Position numbers and translations under genes: made by a program. A model generated the notes under the pieces. It searched no databases. It worked only from the letters and a program-made list of their open reading frames with translations, and was not told the origin of the DNA. Source: Candidatus Woesebacteria bacterium (GTDB taxonomy: Bacteria; Patescibacteriota; Microgenomatia; UBA8517). From it: a stretch of DNA of 49,755 nucleotides. The stretch lies in contig OY970314.1 of NCBI GenBank assembly GCA_963716475.1, positions 303,226 to 352,980 of the forward strand. Reading direction: 5' to 3'. Of the stretch, positions 18,608 to 27,955 are shown piece after piece (the stretch's first letter is position 1; each line of letters opens with the position of its first letter).

Positions 18608-19618
18608 ATGACCGGACTCGATATAGGAAGTAAAACAATTAAGATCGTCGAGATTGAAAAAGAAGGCGGAAATCCCTCCCTGGTAGCTTCGGGGATAGTA
18701 GGTTACTCCGGAATTACGATAGATAAGATGAATGACGAAAAAGAGATGGCTTCATTGGGACAGGTCGTTAGAAAGCTTCATAGCGAGGCGGGCGTATCCT
18801 CAAAAGATGTTGTGATTTCGATTCCGGAACCACTCGTTTTTACACGCACAATTAAGTTTCCTCTTCTCACTGATGCAGAAATTGCCTCAGCCGTAAAATG
18901 GGAATCCGAGCAATATATTCCGATTCCTATTAGCGAGGCGGTAATCCAACACACGATTTTGGCAAGAAATGAAAAAGCATCCCCTCCGGAGGTATTAGTT
19001 CTTCTGGTAGCCGCTCCCAAAGCAATTGTCGAGAAATACATGAAAGTGGCTCAATTTGCGGGACTTAACGTTACTGTGGTAGAGACGGAACTTATTGCCT
19101 TGACCCGTTCTCTTGCCCCGCCAGATAGAACGGTTTTATTGGTAGACTTTGGCGCTTCTTCAACAAATATTGCCATTTCCAGGATGGGGCTTTTATCCTT
19201 TTCTAGATCTATTTCAATTGCCGGAGAGGCCTTTACGAGAGCCATTTCTCAGGGGCTTGCGGTTACTTCCGAACAGGCCGAAGAATACAAAAAAACATAC
19301 GGTCTTGTTGCCAACCAGCTCGAGGGCAAGGTTAAGGGGATTCTTGAACCGGTTTTGAGGTTAGTAATTGATGAGATTAAAAAGGCAGTCAGTTATTATA
19401 TATCTGAAGAAAAAGGCGAATCACCGACTGCAATTATTGTGACCGGCGGTACAAGTGCTACACCCGAAATTATTTCAATGTTGACAAAGCTAATTGGAAT
19501 AGAAGTATTGGCGGGAAATCCTTTTGCTAAAGTCAGTGTTGATGCCGGAACCGCCCAAAAGCTGGCCCCTTATGCTCCTTTTTACGGTGTGGCTGTAGGG
19601 CTAGCGATGAGGGAATAA
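18608..19618 (+). CDS. pilM: type IV pilus assembly protein PilM (actin-like ATPase fold)
   Basis: GLDIGSKTIKIVE..., VDFGASSTNIAI and IVTGGTS are actin/FtsA-like phosphate motifs, and the gene is followed by pilN/pilO-like genes. The ORF track start GTG 18593 is also possible. Confidence 0.85.
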   Translation: MTGLDIGSKTIKIVEIEKEGGNPSLVASGIVGYSGITIDKMNDEKEMASLGQVVRKLHSEAGVSSKDVVISIPEPLVFTRTIKFPLLTDAEIASAVKWESEQYIPIPISEAVIQHTILARNEKASPPEVLVLLVAAPKAIVEKYMKVAQFAGLNVTVVETELIALTRSLAPPDRTVLLVDFGASSTNIAISRMGLLSFSRSISIAGEAFTRAISQGLAVTSEQAEEYKKTYGLVANQLEGKVKGILEPVLRLVIDEIKKAVSYYISEEKGESPTAIIVTGGTSATPEIISMLTKLIGIEVLAGNPFAKVSVDAGTAQKLAPYAPFYGVAVGLAMRE

Positions 19619-19619
19619 T

Positions 19620-20153
19620 ATGCCAGTTAAACTTAATCTTTTGCCACCGGAACTTGCAGTAGGCAAGAGTCTTAGCAGTTTTTTGAAAGCTCTTCGAAAA
19701 CTCGATGTGATTGGGATTGCAGCATTTTTGATTTTTGGTACAGGGGTGGGTATTTTTTTTATAGTCAGTACAATTAGTCTAAATGGAATCAATGCAAACG
19801 TTAGTACGTTGGAGAGTAAAGTTTCAGCTCAGCAAAAAAGCGAACAACAACTTATCTTGATTAAGGACAGGGTTGAAAAGATTGCTTCCATTCAGGGTCT
19901 TCCCAGTGCTCTGCCAAACCTGAAGATAATAGAACCCTTCTTATCCAATCTTTCGGTAAACAGTTCTGTCAATGAAATGTCAATAGATTCCGCTTCAACA
20001 AATTTATCGGTTACTCTTCAAACAAATTCTGACCTGACGGCATATATTGAATCCCTTGAGTCATCTAATGTTTTCGGATCAGTAGATCTGACATCTTTTA
20101 ATCTAAGTCCGGGTACCGGCTACTCGGTTGCTATTAAAGCTACCAAAAAATAA
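19620..20153 (+). CDS. pilN: PilN-like pilus assembly protein
   Basis: N-terminal LNLLPPEL motif, a single TM helix, a coiled-coil segment, and position directly after pilM. Confidence 0.7.
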   Translation: MPVKLNLLPPELAVGKSLSSFLKALRKLDVIGIAAFLIFGTGVGIFFIVSTISLNGINANVSTLESKVSAQQKSEQQLILIKDRVEKIASIQGLPSALPNLKIIEPFLSNLSVNSSVNEMSIDSASTNLSVTLQTNSDLTAYIESLESSNVFGSVDLTSFNLSPGTGYSVAIKATKK

Positions 20154-20157
20154 AATT

Positions 20158-20844
20158 ATGAAGAATATATTTAAAGGTTTACCCGAAAGTATAAGGCAGA
20201 CGGTCTCGGTTGTTATACCTCTCCTTTTCATAATAATCCTTTTTTTGGCTGTTGGGAATTTTGGCGTATCAAAGGTTCTTGGCATAAGAGATCAAATTTC
20301 CTCTGCCCAAAATACAGAAAAAGCTCTAACTCAAAAATTGAACCTTCTTCAGACTCTTTCATCCGAAGTATCTTTAAAATCGAACATAGTGTCCTCGGTA
20401 GTGCCGGACACAAATCCCTCTCTTACAGTAATTTCACAATTAAAAACCCTGGCGGTCGGGTATGGGGTTGTGGTATCCGCCTTTAAGTCTGCGGGCGGGT
20501 CAGGTAGTTCTTCGGATATAAATCAGGCAACGGTTACCTTTAATATAGATGGGGCAAGGGCGCAAGTTTTTTCTTTCCTCACCGATATAGCGAAAATTGC
20601 ACCAATCACAGTCGTTGACAAAATCAAAATATCAGAAATTGCCGGAAATATGAGTGGCGATATAGAGGTAAAAAGTTTTTGGGTCGATTTTCCAAAAACT
20701 ATTCCTTCAGTGACCTCACCGGTGACGGATTTGACGGCGGAAGAAAGGGCTATTTTGAATAATGCATCGAGCCTAATTCAGCCTGCGTTTACAGAGTTAA
20801 CCCCTATGCAGGGAGGCATAAACCCAAATCCCTTCGGACCATGA
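20158..20844 (+). CDS. pilO: PilO-like pilus assembly protein
   Basis: Single TM helix then a coiled coil (ISSAQNTEKALTQKLNLLQ) and an alpha/beta C-terminal region. The call rests mainly on position after pilMN. ATG 20158 follows the pilN stop; the track start 20128 overlaps pilN. Confidence 0.5.
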   Translation: MKNIFKGLPESIRQTVSVVIPLLFIIILFLAVGNFGVSKVLGIRDQISSAQNTEKALTQKLNLLQTLSSEVSLKSNIVSSVVPDTNPSLTVISQLKTLAVGYGVVVSAFKSAGGSGSSSDINQATVTFNIDGARAQVFSFLTDIAKIAPITVVDKIKISEIAGNMSGDIEVKSFWVDFPKTIPSVTSPVTDLTAEERAILNNASSLIQPAFTELTPMQGGINPNPFGP

Positions 20845-20858
20845 CCATGAAGTAGTGC

Positions 20859-21083
20859 TTACTCTACATTAACCGAAACCGCAACTTTTTCTAAAGTAGC
20901 TCTTACCTTAAGGACGTTTCTTAAAGATTTAATCGTGTGCCCAGCCTTTCCGATAACTAGCCCGACATTTTCGGGTGCAGTTTTAACTGTGAAAAGGACT
21001 CTGCCATTGTCACTAGTCTCGACTATCTCGAACTTTTCTTCCCCCAAAAGACCTTTAATTAAAAATTCCAAAAGTTCTCGCAT
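20859..21083 (-). CDS. KH-domain RNA-binding protein (YlqC/UPF0109-like)
   Basis: VGLVIGKAGHTIKSLRNVL contains the GXXG KH motif. Conserved position immediately downstream of rpsP. Confidence 0.8.
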   Translation of the reverse strand: MRELLEFLIKGLLGEEKFEIVETSDNGRVLFTVKTAPENVGLVIGKAGHTIKSLRNVLKVRATLEKVAVSVNVE

Positions 21084-21084
21084 G

Positions 21085-21306
21085 TTATTTATTCATCAGT
21101 TTTTTGACTGCAGTGCTGACTGCTGCACCTTTTTTGACCCAGGCGTCTATCTTATCTTTATCAATTATTTTGGTTTTTTTAGCCGGATTCCAGGTCCCAA
21201 CTATTTCCAGATACCTGCCAGTAGTCTTTTTTGTTGAATCGACCACAATAACTCTGTAAAAAGGAGCTTTTTTCCTACCGAACCTTGAGAGACGGATTAT
21301 TACCAT
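21085..21306 (-). CDS. rpsP: 30S ribosomal protein S16
   Basis: MVIIRLSRFGRKKAPFYRVIVVDS... is the canonical S16 N-terminus. Confidence 0.95.
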   Translation of the reverse strand: MVIIRLSRFGRKKAPFYRVIVVDSTKKTTGRYLEIVGTWNPAKKTKIIDKDKIDAWVKKGAAVSTAVKKLMNK

Positions 21307-21340
21307 ATGGTGATCACCAGAGCTTTAGCTGACAAGCTGC

Positions 21341-22012
21341 TTATTGTACCTTTTTCGTTAGTACCTGTCTAGCAGCTTCTTGTTCAGCCTCTCCTTTGCT
21401 TTTTCCCACACCCTTTCCCCAGACTTTTCCGTTAACTATTACTTCTATTACAAATTTTTTATCATGGTCCGGACCAGACTCCTCAGTAACCTGGTATTTT
21501 GGTGAAGGAAACCCCTTTGCTTGAACCTGTTCCTGGAGCTGGCTTTTTGCATCCTTTAGAGGTTCGGAAGCCCTTTTTTCTACCTCTGAGAGTAAATTGA
21601 CTTTAATAAATTTCTCGGCATCCTCAACTCCCCTGTCAATAAAGATGGCTCCGATAATAGCCTCTACTGTATCAGCCAAAAGAGAGGTGTTAGTTGTACC
21701 GCCTCCGTCAATCTCGCCTTTCGAAAGAAAAAGTTCCGGCCCCAAATCGAGTTTTTTTGCAACCTCGGCTAGGGCAGCCGTATTGACAAGATTTGCCCGG
21801 AGAACTGTCAGATACCCCTCCTCCTTGTCAGGGAACCGGTTGTAAATTTCTTTTGATGCAACAAATTCTAAGATGGCATCCCCGAGAAATTCCAGTCGTT
21901 CATTTGATGTTCTCTCACCTTTATGCTCGTTTACCCAGGAACGGTGAGTAAGTGCCATGTCAAATAAGCTTTTATTTTTAAAACCTTTTCTAAGCGTTTC
22001 AGTTATTTTCAT
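21341..22012 (-). CDS. rnc: ribonuclease III
   Basis: ALTHRSW...NERLEFLGDAILEF is the RNase III signature, and a C-terminal dsRBD follows (P.Y......GPDH.K.F...V...G...G.G.GKSK.EAEQ.AA). Confidence 0.95.
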   Translation of the reverse strand: MKITETLRKGFKNKSLFDMALTHRSWVNEHKGERTSNERLEFLGDAILEFVASKEIYNRFPDKEEGYLTVLRANLVNTAALAEVAKKLDLGPELFLSKGEIDGGGTTNTSLLADTVEAIIGAIFIDRGVEDAEKFIKVNLLSEVEKRASEPLKDAKSQLQEQVQAKGFPSPKYQVTEESGPDHDKKFVIEVIVNGKVWGKGVGKSKGEAEQEAARQVLTKKVQ

Positions 22013-22251
22013 TGGTGGTCAGTTAATGCTTCAACAAGATCTAAAAACGTTTCAGTTGTGGTTAGATCTACACTTGAAGTTTCCATACCCATCCTGGTCA
22101 AAACTTCCATAAAGTCAGTTAGGTCGGTTGCCTTCATATGAAGATCTTCCGTCAGGCTGCTATCATCTTCAACATCCTCGGAATCGACTCCTAAAAAATT
22201 TGCCAGCTCCCGTCTTACAATGTCTTCGGTCTTGTTAAATTCGTTATCCAT
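22009..22251 (-). CDS. acyl-carrier-protein-like small acidic protein lacking the canonical DSL serine
   Basis: 80 aa and acidic. It aligns by eye to ACP: LGV..EDV....S..EDL------D..E... The position of the phosphopantetheine Ser reads HMKATD instead of GADSLD. It sits directly upstream of rnc, as acpP does in Bacillus-type operons. Confidence 0.5.
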   Translation of the reverse strand: MDNEFNKTEDIVRRELANFLGVDSEDVEDDSSLTEDLHMKATDLTDFMEVLTRMGMETSSVDLTTTETFLDLVEALTDHQ

Positions 22252-22253
22252 TA

Positions 22254-22610
22254 TTATTGTGGTTCGTCTTTGTATATTGTACCAAGCACACCGTTGATAA
22301 ATGAAGAGGATGATTCACTTCCGAATTCTTTGGCAAGCTCAACAGCTTCGTCAATTACCACTTTAGGAGGGGTGTTTTCATTTTCCAGTTCGTAAACGGC
22401 AAGTCTAAGGACTGCCAAGTCGATTTTATTCAATTTGTCGATGGGCCATTGTGGAGCCGCATCCCGGATCAATTTATCAAGTTTTTCTTTTTGGTCAAGA
22501 ATTTTTTGAACAAGTTCGGATGGGTTGGGTTGAGTTGTGAAAGTTTCGGCAAAAAGAGATTTGACAGCCTCTCGGCGTCTCAAGTGCCTGGGGTCAGTTG
22601 GGGTTTGCAT
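22254..22610 (-). CDS. nusB: transcription antitermination factor NusB
   Basis: RRREAVKSLF at the N-terminus, DLAVLRLAVYEL, VVIDEAVELAKEFG....SFINGVL. The NusB pattern runs throughout. Confidence 0.9.
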   Translation of the reverse strand: MQTPTDPRHLRRREAVKSLFAETFTTQPNPSELVQKILDQKEKLDKLIRDAAPQWPIDKLNKIDLAVLRLAVYELENENTPPKVVIDEAVELAKEFGSESSSSFINGVLGTIYKDEPQ

Positions 22611-22613
22611 GAG

Positions 22614-22772
22614 TTATTTATATACTCCACAGTAAGGACAGGCCCTATGAGATTCTTTCAGTTTTCCGCAGTTGCTGCATTTTACCAAATTGCCAAGTGT
22701 CAACTTAGGTTGCCCGCCTCGTCTGATGCCGCTTCTACTTCTGGTATGTTTTCTTTTAGGTAATGGTGTCAT
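22614..22772 (-). CDS. rpmF: 50S ribosomal protein L32 (below the ORF-track size cutoff)
   Basis: My own translation of the minus strand gives MTPLPKRKHTRSRSGIRRGGQPKLTLGNLVKCSNCGKLKESHRACPYCGVYK. It has the PKRK..S motif and the C..C...H..C..CG zinc ribbon typical of L32. Confidence 0.85.
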   Translation of the reverse strand: MTPLPKRKHTRSRSGIRRGGQPKLTLGNLVKCSNCGKLKESHRACPYCGVYK

Positions 22773-22806
22773 ACAATGGTGAATTTTACATCAAAGCAGG
22801 GTAGCC

Positions 22807-23430
22807 TTACAAGTGGGTTGAATCGTTCCAGCTTGTAATTCCCCAGATATTATCTTTTCCATACTCACAGACGGAAATTCCTGTATTAGTTGACCAGAAG
22901 TGATATCTGATGTCTGTAAAAATTTGACCGGTAAGACGTTCTCCGAAGACCATTTTAGAAATGATAGCTTTTATCATTGATGCGTGGGAAATACAAACGA
23001 TATTTTGTTCTAGATGCTTTTGTGTAAAGTGTTTGAGCACCTTTTTAACCCTTGTATTTAGTTCCGGGAAAGTCTCTTCATCGGAATATCTAAAATCTTC
23101 CCTTGCAAAATTTTTCTTTACTAGTTCTTTTATTTTTGCAATTTTGGGGTCATTAATTTTTTTATTATGAATCTCGGAAGGATTTCTTAATTCGGTTAGG
23201 AAGTCCAAATACTCTATAGGTACATTCAGGGCTTTGGATATAATTTCTGACGTTTGTCGTGCCCGTAGGAATGTACTTGAGTAGATCAAATTAATTTTTA
23301 GGTTTTTAAGCCTTTCCGCAACTAGGCGAGCCTGCTTTCTGCCCGTGTCGGATAGTCCCATCTCTGCGGTTTGATGAACCCGCGCTTTATTTCCGACGGA
23401 CTCCCCGTGTCTTACAAGATAAATCTTCAT
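22807..23430 (-). CDS. histidine phosphatase family protein (phosphoglycerate-mutase-like)
   Basis: IYLVRHGESVGN (RHG catalytic motif) and a downstream ISHA histidine motif (VCISHASMIKA). Confidence 0.85.
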   Translation of the reverse strand: MKIYLVRHGESVGNKARVHQTAEMGLSDTGRKQARLVAERLKNLKINLIYSSTFLRARQTSEIISKALNVPIEYLDFLTELRNPSEIHNKKINDPKIAKIKELVKKNFAREDFRYSDEETFPELNTRVKKVLKHFTQKHLEQNIVCISHASMIKAIISKMVFGERLTGQIFTDIRYHFWSTNTGISVCEYGKDNIWGITSWNDSTHL

Positions 23431-23451
23431 ATAAGGAATTGTATCATTTAG

Positions 23452-25452
23452 TTAACCTAAATTTGCCTCAAGATTTGCTAATTTACCTATTTTCGGATAC
23501 CTGGACGGGTTATTAATAATATCATCAGCAACATCCTTTGCCTTTTTGATTAGAGCGAAGTTACTCCAGCTGGCAACTTTTAATTCGGGGAAACCACTTT
23601 GAGCCGTCCCGAAAATTTCTCCTGGTCCTCTTATTTTGAGGTCAAGTTCCGCAAGTTCAAATCCCGAATGCATTTTTTCCATAGCACGTAGTCTTTTTGA
23701 ATATTTGACATTGCTAAATAGGAGGCAGTATGATTTTTCCCTACCCCTACCGACACGGCCCCTAAGTTGATGAAGCTGTGCCAATCCGAATCTTTCTGCA
23801 GCCTCGATTACCATAATAGTAGCATTTGGAATATCAAGCCCGACCTCAACAACGGGCGTGGTGACCAAAAGATCGATCTTTTGGTTTCTAAAGTCCCCGA
23901 GGACATTGTTTTTATCTGCTGGCTTAAGGCGTCCGTGTAATAGGCCCAATCTAAAACCCACGAATATTTTTTTGAGTTTTTCAAATTCGGTTGTTACAGA
24001 TTTAACATCAGCCATAGTTTCAAATTCCGAATCCTCGATTAAGGGGCAGACTACAAAAACTTGCGATTTGCGATCCCTAATTTGGGATTTTATCCAGTCG
24101 TAGGCACCTTTGCGTTTGGTTTCGGGGACAAACCAGGTAGTCACTTTAATCCGTCCTTTCGGCATTTCTGTTAAAACTGAAAGGTCTAGGTCTCCGTATG
24201 AAGTTAACGCGACAGTTCTTGGAATCGGGGTTGCGGTCATAGTTAAGGTGTGGGGAGTTCCGGACTTTTTAACCAAGTGCTTTCTTTGCTCTACCCCGAA
24301 CCTATGCTGTTCGTCGATAACGACCAAGCCTACCTTATCAAAAACGATTTTACTGTGGATTAAGGCGTGCGTGCCTATAAATACATCATTTCTGCCAAGA
24401 TCAGATTTTTTGATATCCGAGGTTATCAAAGAAATTCTGACACCGAAGGGAGTAAGTAATTTTTTGAAAGTTTCATAGTGCTGGGATGCCAATATTTGGG
24501 TGGGTGCCATTATTATTGTTTGGAACCCATTAAGAAAAACCGCAAACGAAGCTGCTGCGGCTACAACCGTCTTCCCGCTTCCGACATCTCCTTCTAAAAG
24601 CCGGTTCATGGGAAAATCTTTGGTCAAATCCTCAAAAATTTCTTCAATTGTCGATGTTTGAGAAGCGGTAAGTTTAAAAGGTAGCGACTCAATGAATTTA
24701 TTACTAATAAGTTTGTTAATGGTTATTTTGTGGGTAACTTTATTTTTCTTCCAATTTATTTTTCGATACAGACTCGTAAGTTCAAGATTTAAAAGTTCGT
24801 TAAATGCAAGCCTTTCCCTTCCTCTTTCGGCCTCTTCCAGGCTTTTAGGGAAATGTACAAATCTGACAGCCCCATCCATTATTAAGAGGTCGTATTTTGT
24901 TATGATATCGGCCGGTAAAAATTCTTCAATTTTCGTAACGGACTGATAAGCGCCGAGCATTAAAGTACGGATCCACTTTGAAGAAAGACCCGAAGTTTCG
25001 GGATAAATAGGCACTAATCTTCCTGTATGAACTGTGGGTTTTCCAATTTCTCCTAGGAGTTCGTAATCGGGAGATGTCATACAAAGCTTTCTGGAAAAAA
25101 ATCCGACTTTTCCGGAAAGAGAAACCATTCTTCCAGGATAAAGAGTTCTAATTAAGAAAGGCTGATTAAACCAAACTACGGTGATTTTACCTGTTGTATC
25201 GTCAACCGACCCGATCTGCATTTTAAGTCCCCTTTTTGAATAAATGTTTTTGATAGAAACTATTTTGGCATGGATGGTGGCGGTTTCGTCCGGATGAAGC
25301 TTATTGATTGTAGTGACCAGTGAGTAGTCAAGGTAGTGATTTGGAACATGGTAAAAAAGATCTCCGATGGTATTAACATCTAATCTTTCAAATTTTCGTG
25401 CAAATATAGGTCCGACTTTGGGAAGATCGGTTATGGGAGAAGTCAGATCCAT
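23452..25452 (-). CDS. recG: ATP-dependent DNA helicase RecG
   Basis: A wedge/OB N-terminal domain is followed by the helicase motifs GDVGSGKT, VIDEQHRFGV, TATPIPRT and QLHQLRGRVGRG. Confidence 0.95.
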   Translation of the reverse strand: MDLTSPITDLPKVGPIFARKFERLDVNTIGDLFYHVPNHYLDYSLVTTINKLHPDETATIHAKIVSIKNIYSKRGLKMQIGSVDDTTGKITVVWFNQPFLIRTLYPGRMVSLSGKVGFFSRKLCMTSPDYELLGEIGKPTVHTGRLVPIYPETSGLSSKWIRTLMLGAYQSVTKIEEFLPADIITKYDLLIMDGAVRFVHFPKSLEEAERGRERLAFNELLNLELTSLYRKINWKKNKVTHKITINKLISNKFIESLPFKLTASQTSTIEEIFEDLTKDFPMNRLLEGDVGSGKTVVAAAASFAVFLNGFQTIIMAPTQILASQHYETFKKLLTPFGVRISLITSDIKKSDLGRNDVFIGTHALIHSKIVFDKVGLVVIDEQHRFGVEQRKHLVKKSGTPHTLTMTATPIPRTVALTSYGDLDLSVLTEMPKGRIKVTTWFVPETKRKGAYDWIKSQIRDRKSQVFVVCPLIEDSEFETMADVKSVTTEFEKLKKIFVGFRLGLLHGRLKPADKNNVLGDFRNQKIDLLVTTPVVEVGLDIPNATIMVIEAAERFGLAQLHQLRGRVGRGREKSYCLLFSNVKYSKRLRAMEKMHSGFELAELDLKIRGPGEIFGTAQSGFPELKVASWSNFALIKKAKDVADDIINNPSRYPKIGKLANLEANLG

Positions 25453-25464
25453 TTGACCACAATA

Positions 25465-25569
25465 TTACTTCAAGTAGATCAGATATGGAAGAACGGCACC
25501 AAGAAGCAGGGCGACAGTAGCGATTATGACTACTATTGAAAATATTTTCTTTGTTTTTTTAGATATCAT
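25465..25569 (-). CDS. possible 34-aa single-TM micro-protein
   Basis: My own translation gives MISKKTKKIFSIVVIIATVALLLGAVLPYLIYLK: a Lys-rich N-terminus plus one hydrophobic helix. It fills the tyrS-recG gap. No homology claim. Confidence 0.3.
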   Translation of the reverse strand: MISKKTKKIFSIVVIIATVALLLGAVLPYLIYLK

Positions 25570-25571
25570 CC

Positions 25572-26768
25572 TTACTTTTTAATTTGAATATCAATACTTC
25601 CGATTCTAATTGTACCAGGTTCTGATATTATGCTCACATTTTTATCTTCAGATCTAGTTATAATGATCGGTTCATCATTACCTTTAAAATACTTAACGGC
25701 TCCCTGGTTCATTAAATTTTTGATCTCTGTAATAGAATACTCTGTTGTATCAGATAATGCTTTAGAAATAGTCGGTTGCGAGATTAGCGCTCGGGTTTTC
25801 AAATTGAACTCGGCATACTCTTCACTTGGTCGCGCTTCAGAACGTCTTTCAAGAAAAACTAGGTTTGAACTTCTAGCTTTTTCCTCCCCCCAAAGCATAT
25901 TTACGATCTCTATAGCTAAATTCATTTTTTCTTGATATGGGTCTGACTTGCACTTTTGGTCTATGTTATCTAAAGAGACCTCAGTTAATAATTCAAAAGC
26001 CAATGGAAGAACTTCGTCGGGTAGCAACATAATTCCCTCAAAAAGTTTTTCTGGGTCTGAATCTAAGAAAAGTGCATTACCCGTGGTTTTACCGACTTTG
26101 TTGCCCTCTTTATCTACCAAAAGTTTAGTCGTAAGAACATATTTTTCCTTATTTTTGATAGCCTTCATTAAAGTCCTTCCCATCATCATGTTAAATAGCT
26201 GGTCGTTTCCCCCGACTTCCAAGTCAACATCCATAGCGATAGAGTCGTATCCTTGCGCAATCGGGTACAGAAGCTCGTGGAAGCGGATATCTGCACCATT
26301 TCTGATTCTCTCCTGAAACATATCCCTTTCGATAAGTTGCGCATAGCTGACATGTGAGGTAATTTCTATTAAATCTTTAAAGGTGATTTTGTCGCTCCAT
26401 TCGGAATTAAACATAATTTTGGCAGCATTTGGTCCGGCAAAATCCAAAACTTTTCCGGCTTGTTCCTTCCATGACTTTGCGTTTTCCAATACTTGCTCTC
26501 TTGTTAACTCCTTTCGGACGGCCAGTTTATCCGTAGGATCTCCTATCATCCCGGTAAAGTCCCCGACAAGGAATATTACTTCGTGACCCAGTTTTTGAAA
26601 CTGACGCAGCTTCATTAAGCCTACAAGATTTCCGAGATGAAGAGACGGCATTGAAGGATCAAACCCCTGATAGAGTTTGATTTTTCTTTTGGCCATTAGC
26701 TCCGCCAGTCCCTTTTTGTCCGGTAAAACCTGCTGAACACCTCTTGTTAATACTTCTTCAATTTCCAT
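25572..26768 (-). CDS. tyrS: tyrosyl-tRNA synthetase
   Basis: GFDPSMPSLHLGNL (HIGH region), the KMSKS-equivalent KVGKT, and a C-terminal S4-like domain. Confidence 0.95.
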   Translation of the reverse strand: MEIEEVLTRGVQQVLPDKKGLAELMAKRKIKLYQGFDPSMPSLHLGNLVGLMKLRQFQKLGHEVIFLVGDFTGMIGDPTDKLAVRKELTREQVLENAKSWKEQAGKVLDFAGPNAAKIMFNSEWSDKITFKDLIEITSHVSYAQLIERDMFQERIRNGADIRFHELLYPIAQGYDSIAMDVDLEVGGNDQLFNMMMGRTLMKAIKNKEKYVLTTKLLVDKEGNKVGKTTGNALFLDSDPEKLFEGIMLLPDEVLPLAFELLTEVSLDNIDQKCKSDPYQEKMNLAIEIVNMLWGEEKARSSNLVFLERRSEARPSEEYAEFNLKTRALISQPTISKALSDTTEYSITEIKNLMNQGAVKYFKGNDEPIIITRSEDKNVSIISEPGTIRIGSIDIQIKK

Positions 26769-26800
26769 AATAATAATTCTAAGGCTTTAGCTCTATTCCG

Positions 26801-27904
26801 TCAAAGAGATTTCTCCACCTTTTCCAAGAAGATTTTTAAACCGTCAAAGAATTTCAAACACGACTCAAGGCTTACCCACTCGTTTGCGGAGTGAATTTCT
26901 CCCCCTATTGGTTTCATCATTAAAATTGGAATATTATATTTGCTAAAATGGCTCGCATCAGAGGCTCCATATGCTGGCGAGATTATAATTTTTTGGTGGT
27001 AGGCTTTTCCAATTGAAGATATAAAATCTTTTACGACCAGCAGGCTTGTATCTGTAAAAGTAGGAAGTGTGGTAGAGTCTACAGTTACACTGATGTCCGA
27101 ACTGATTTTATTTGCGAGGTCTTTAACCTGCTGTGTAATTTTTTGTGAGCTATTGTTTTCGGGAAATCTAAAATCAAGTTTCATTACGGCTTCCGGACAG
27201 ACTTGGTTCGTTGAAATCCCTCCCCGGACTTGGCCAATATTCATTGTTGTCTCCCAGTTTTCTTTAAGACTGTTCTTTCCATAAATATCCATTAATTTTT
27301 TGGCGAGTAATATCAATGGCTCGAGTGCACTTTTACCAACCCAGGGCCTACTGGCGTGAGCCGGTTTCCCGATAGAAGTAAGTGATAGCCAGCATACCCC
27401 TTTAGATTTATTTACAAAAGTTAAGTTGTCTCCACCGTCCGGAACAATAAGATATTTGGGTCTAAACACTAGTTTCTCTGCAAGATAGACACATCCGTCA
27501 TCTCCCCCCGTTTCTTCATCAGTCGTAATGGAAAGGCTAAATTTAATTTTAGATTTATTTGCAATAATTTCATTTAGAAGTTCAATTCCTGTTGGGATTG
27601 AAAATTTCATATCGCTGGTGCCACGGCCAAAAAGTTTATCCGCCTTAACCTTGAGTTTAAATTCTTCGTGTTTGGCTGAAACTACGTCCATGTGGACTAG
27701 GTAACCGATGTCCGGGGAAAAAGTATTAGAATTACTTGCAATTAAGACTTCAGCATTTTTAATTTTGCATCTTTTAACAATCGCTTTTGAATTTAACAAA
27801 GATTCAACATAATCCAAAGCTTTGTAGTTTTCGGTCACATTTCCGGTAACTGTTTCAAAAGAAACTAATTTTGTTAGCTGGGAAATGAATATATCCTTTT
27901 TCAT
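26801..27904 (-). CDS. M20 family metallopeptidase (ArgE/DapE/ACY1-like)
   Basis: HMDVV, GRGTSDMK and DEETGG are the metal-binding and catalytic motifs of family M20. Confidence 0.85.
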   Translation of the reverse strand: MKKDIFISQLTKLVSFETVTGNVTENYKALDYVESLLNSKAIVKRCKIKNAEVLIASNSNTFSPDIGYLVHMDVVSAKHEEFKLKVKADKLFGRGTSDMKFSIPTGIELLNEIIANKSKIKFSLSITTDEETGGDDGCVYLAEKLVFRPKYLIVPDGGDNLTFVNKSKGVCWLSLTSIGKPAHASRPWVGKSALEPLILLAKKLMDIYGKNSLKENWETTMNIGQVRGGISTNQVCPEAVMKLDFRFPENNSSQKITQQVKDLANKISSDISVTVDSTTLPTFTDTSLLVVKDFISSIGKAYHQKIIISPAYGASDASHFSKYNIPILMMKPIGGEIHSANEWVSLESCLKFFDGLKIFLEKVEKSL

Positions 27905-27955
27905 AGATTAAATTTTAGATCTTTACGCTCGTTCCGTCAAAAGATAAATTGAGGA

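Noticed and set aside
24110-26316. Antisense ORFs of about 120 aa inside recG and tyrS (24110..24478, 25948..26316). Similar shadow ORFs lie inside typA (38878..39195, 40366..40710), the ATP-grasp gene (42738..43094), the polymerase genes (5278..5643, 6726..7058) and the GT2 gene (7880..8290).
   Set aside because: Each lies entirely within a strongly supported gene on the opposite strand. They have low-complexity or hydrophobic junk-like sequence and no RBS. They are typical shadow ORFs of AT-rich coding DNA.
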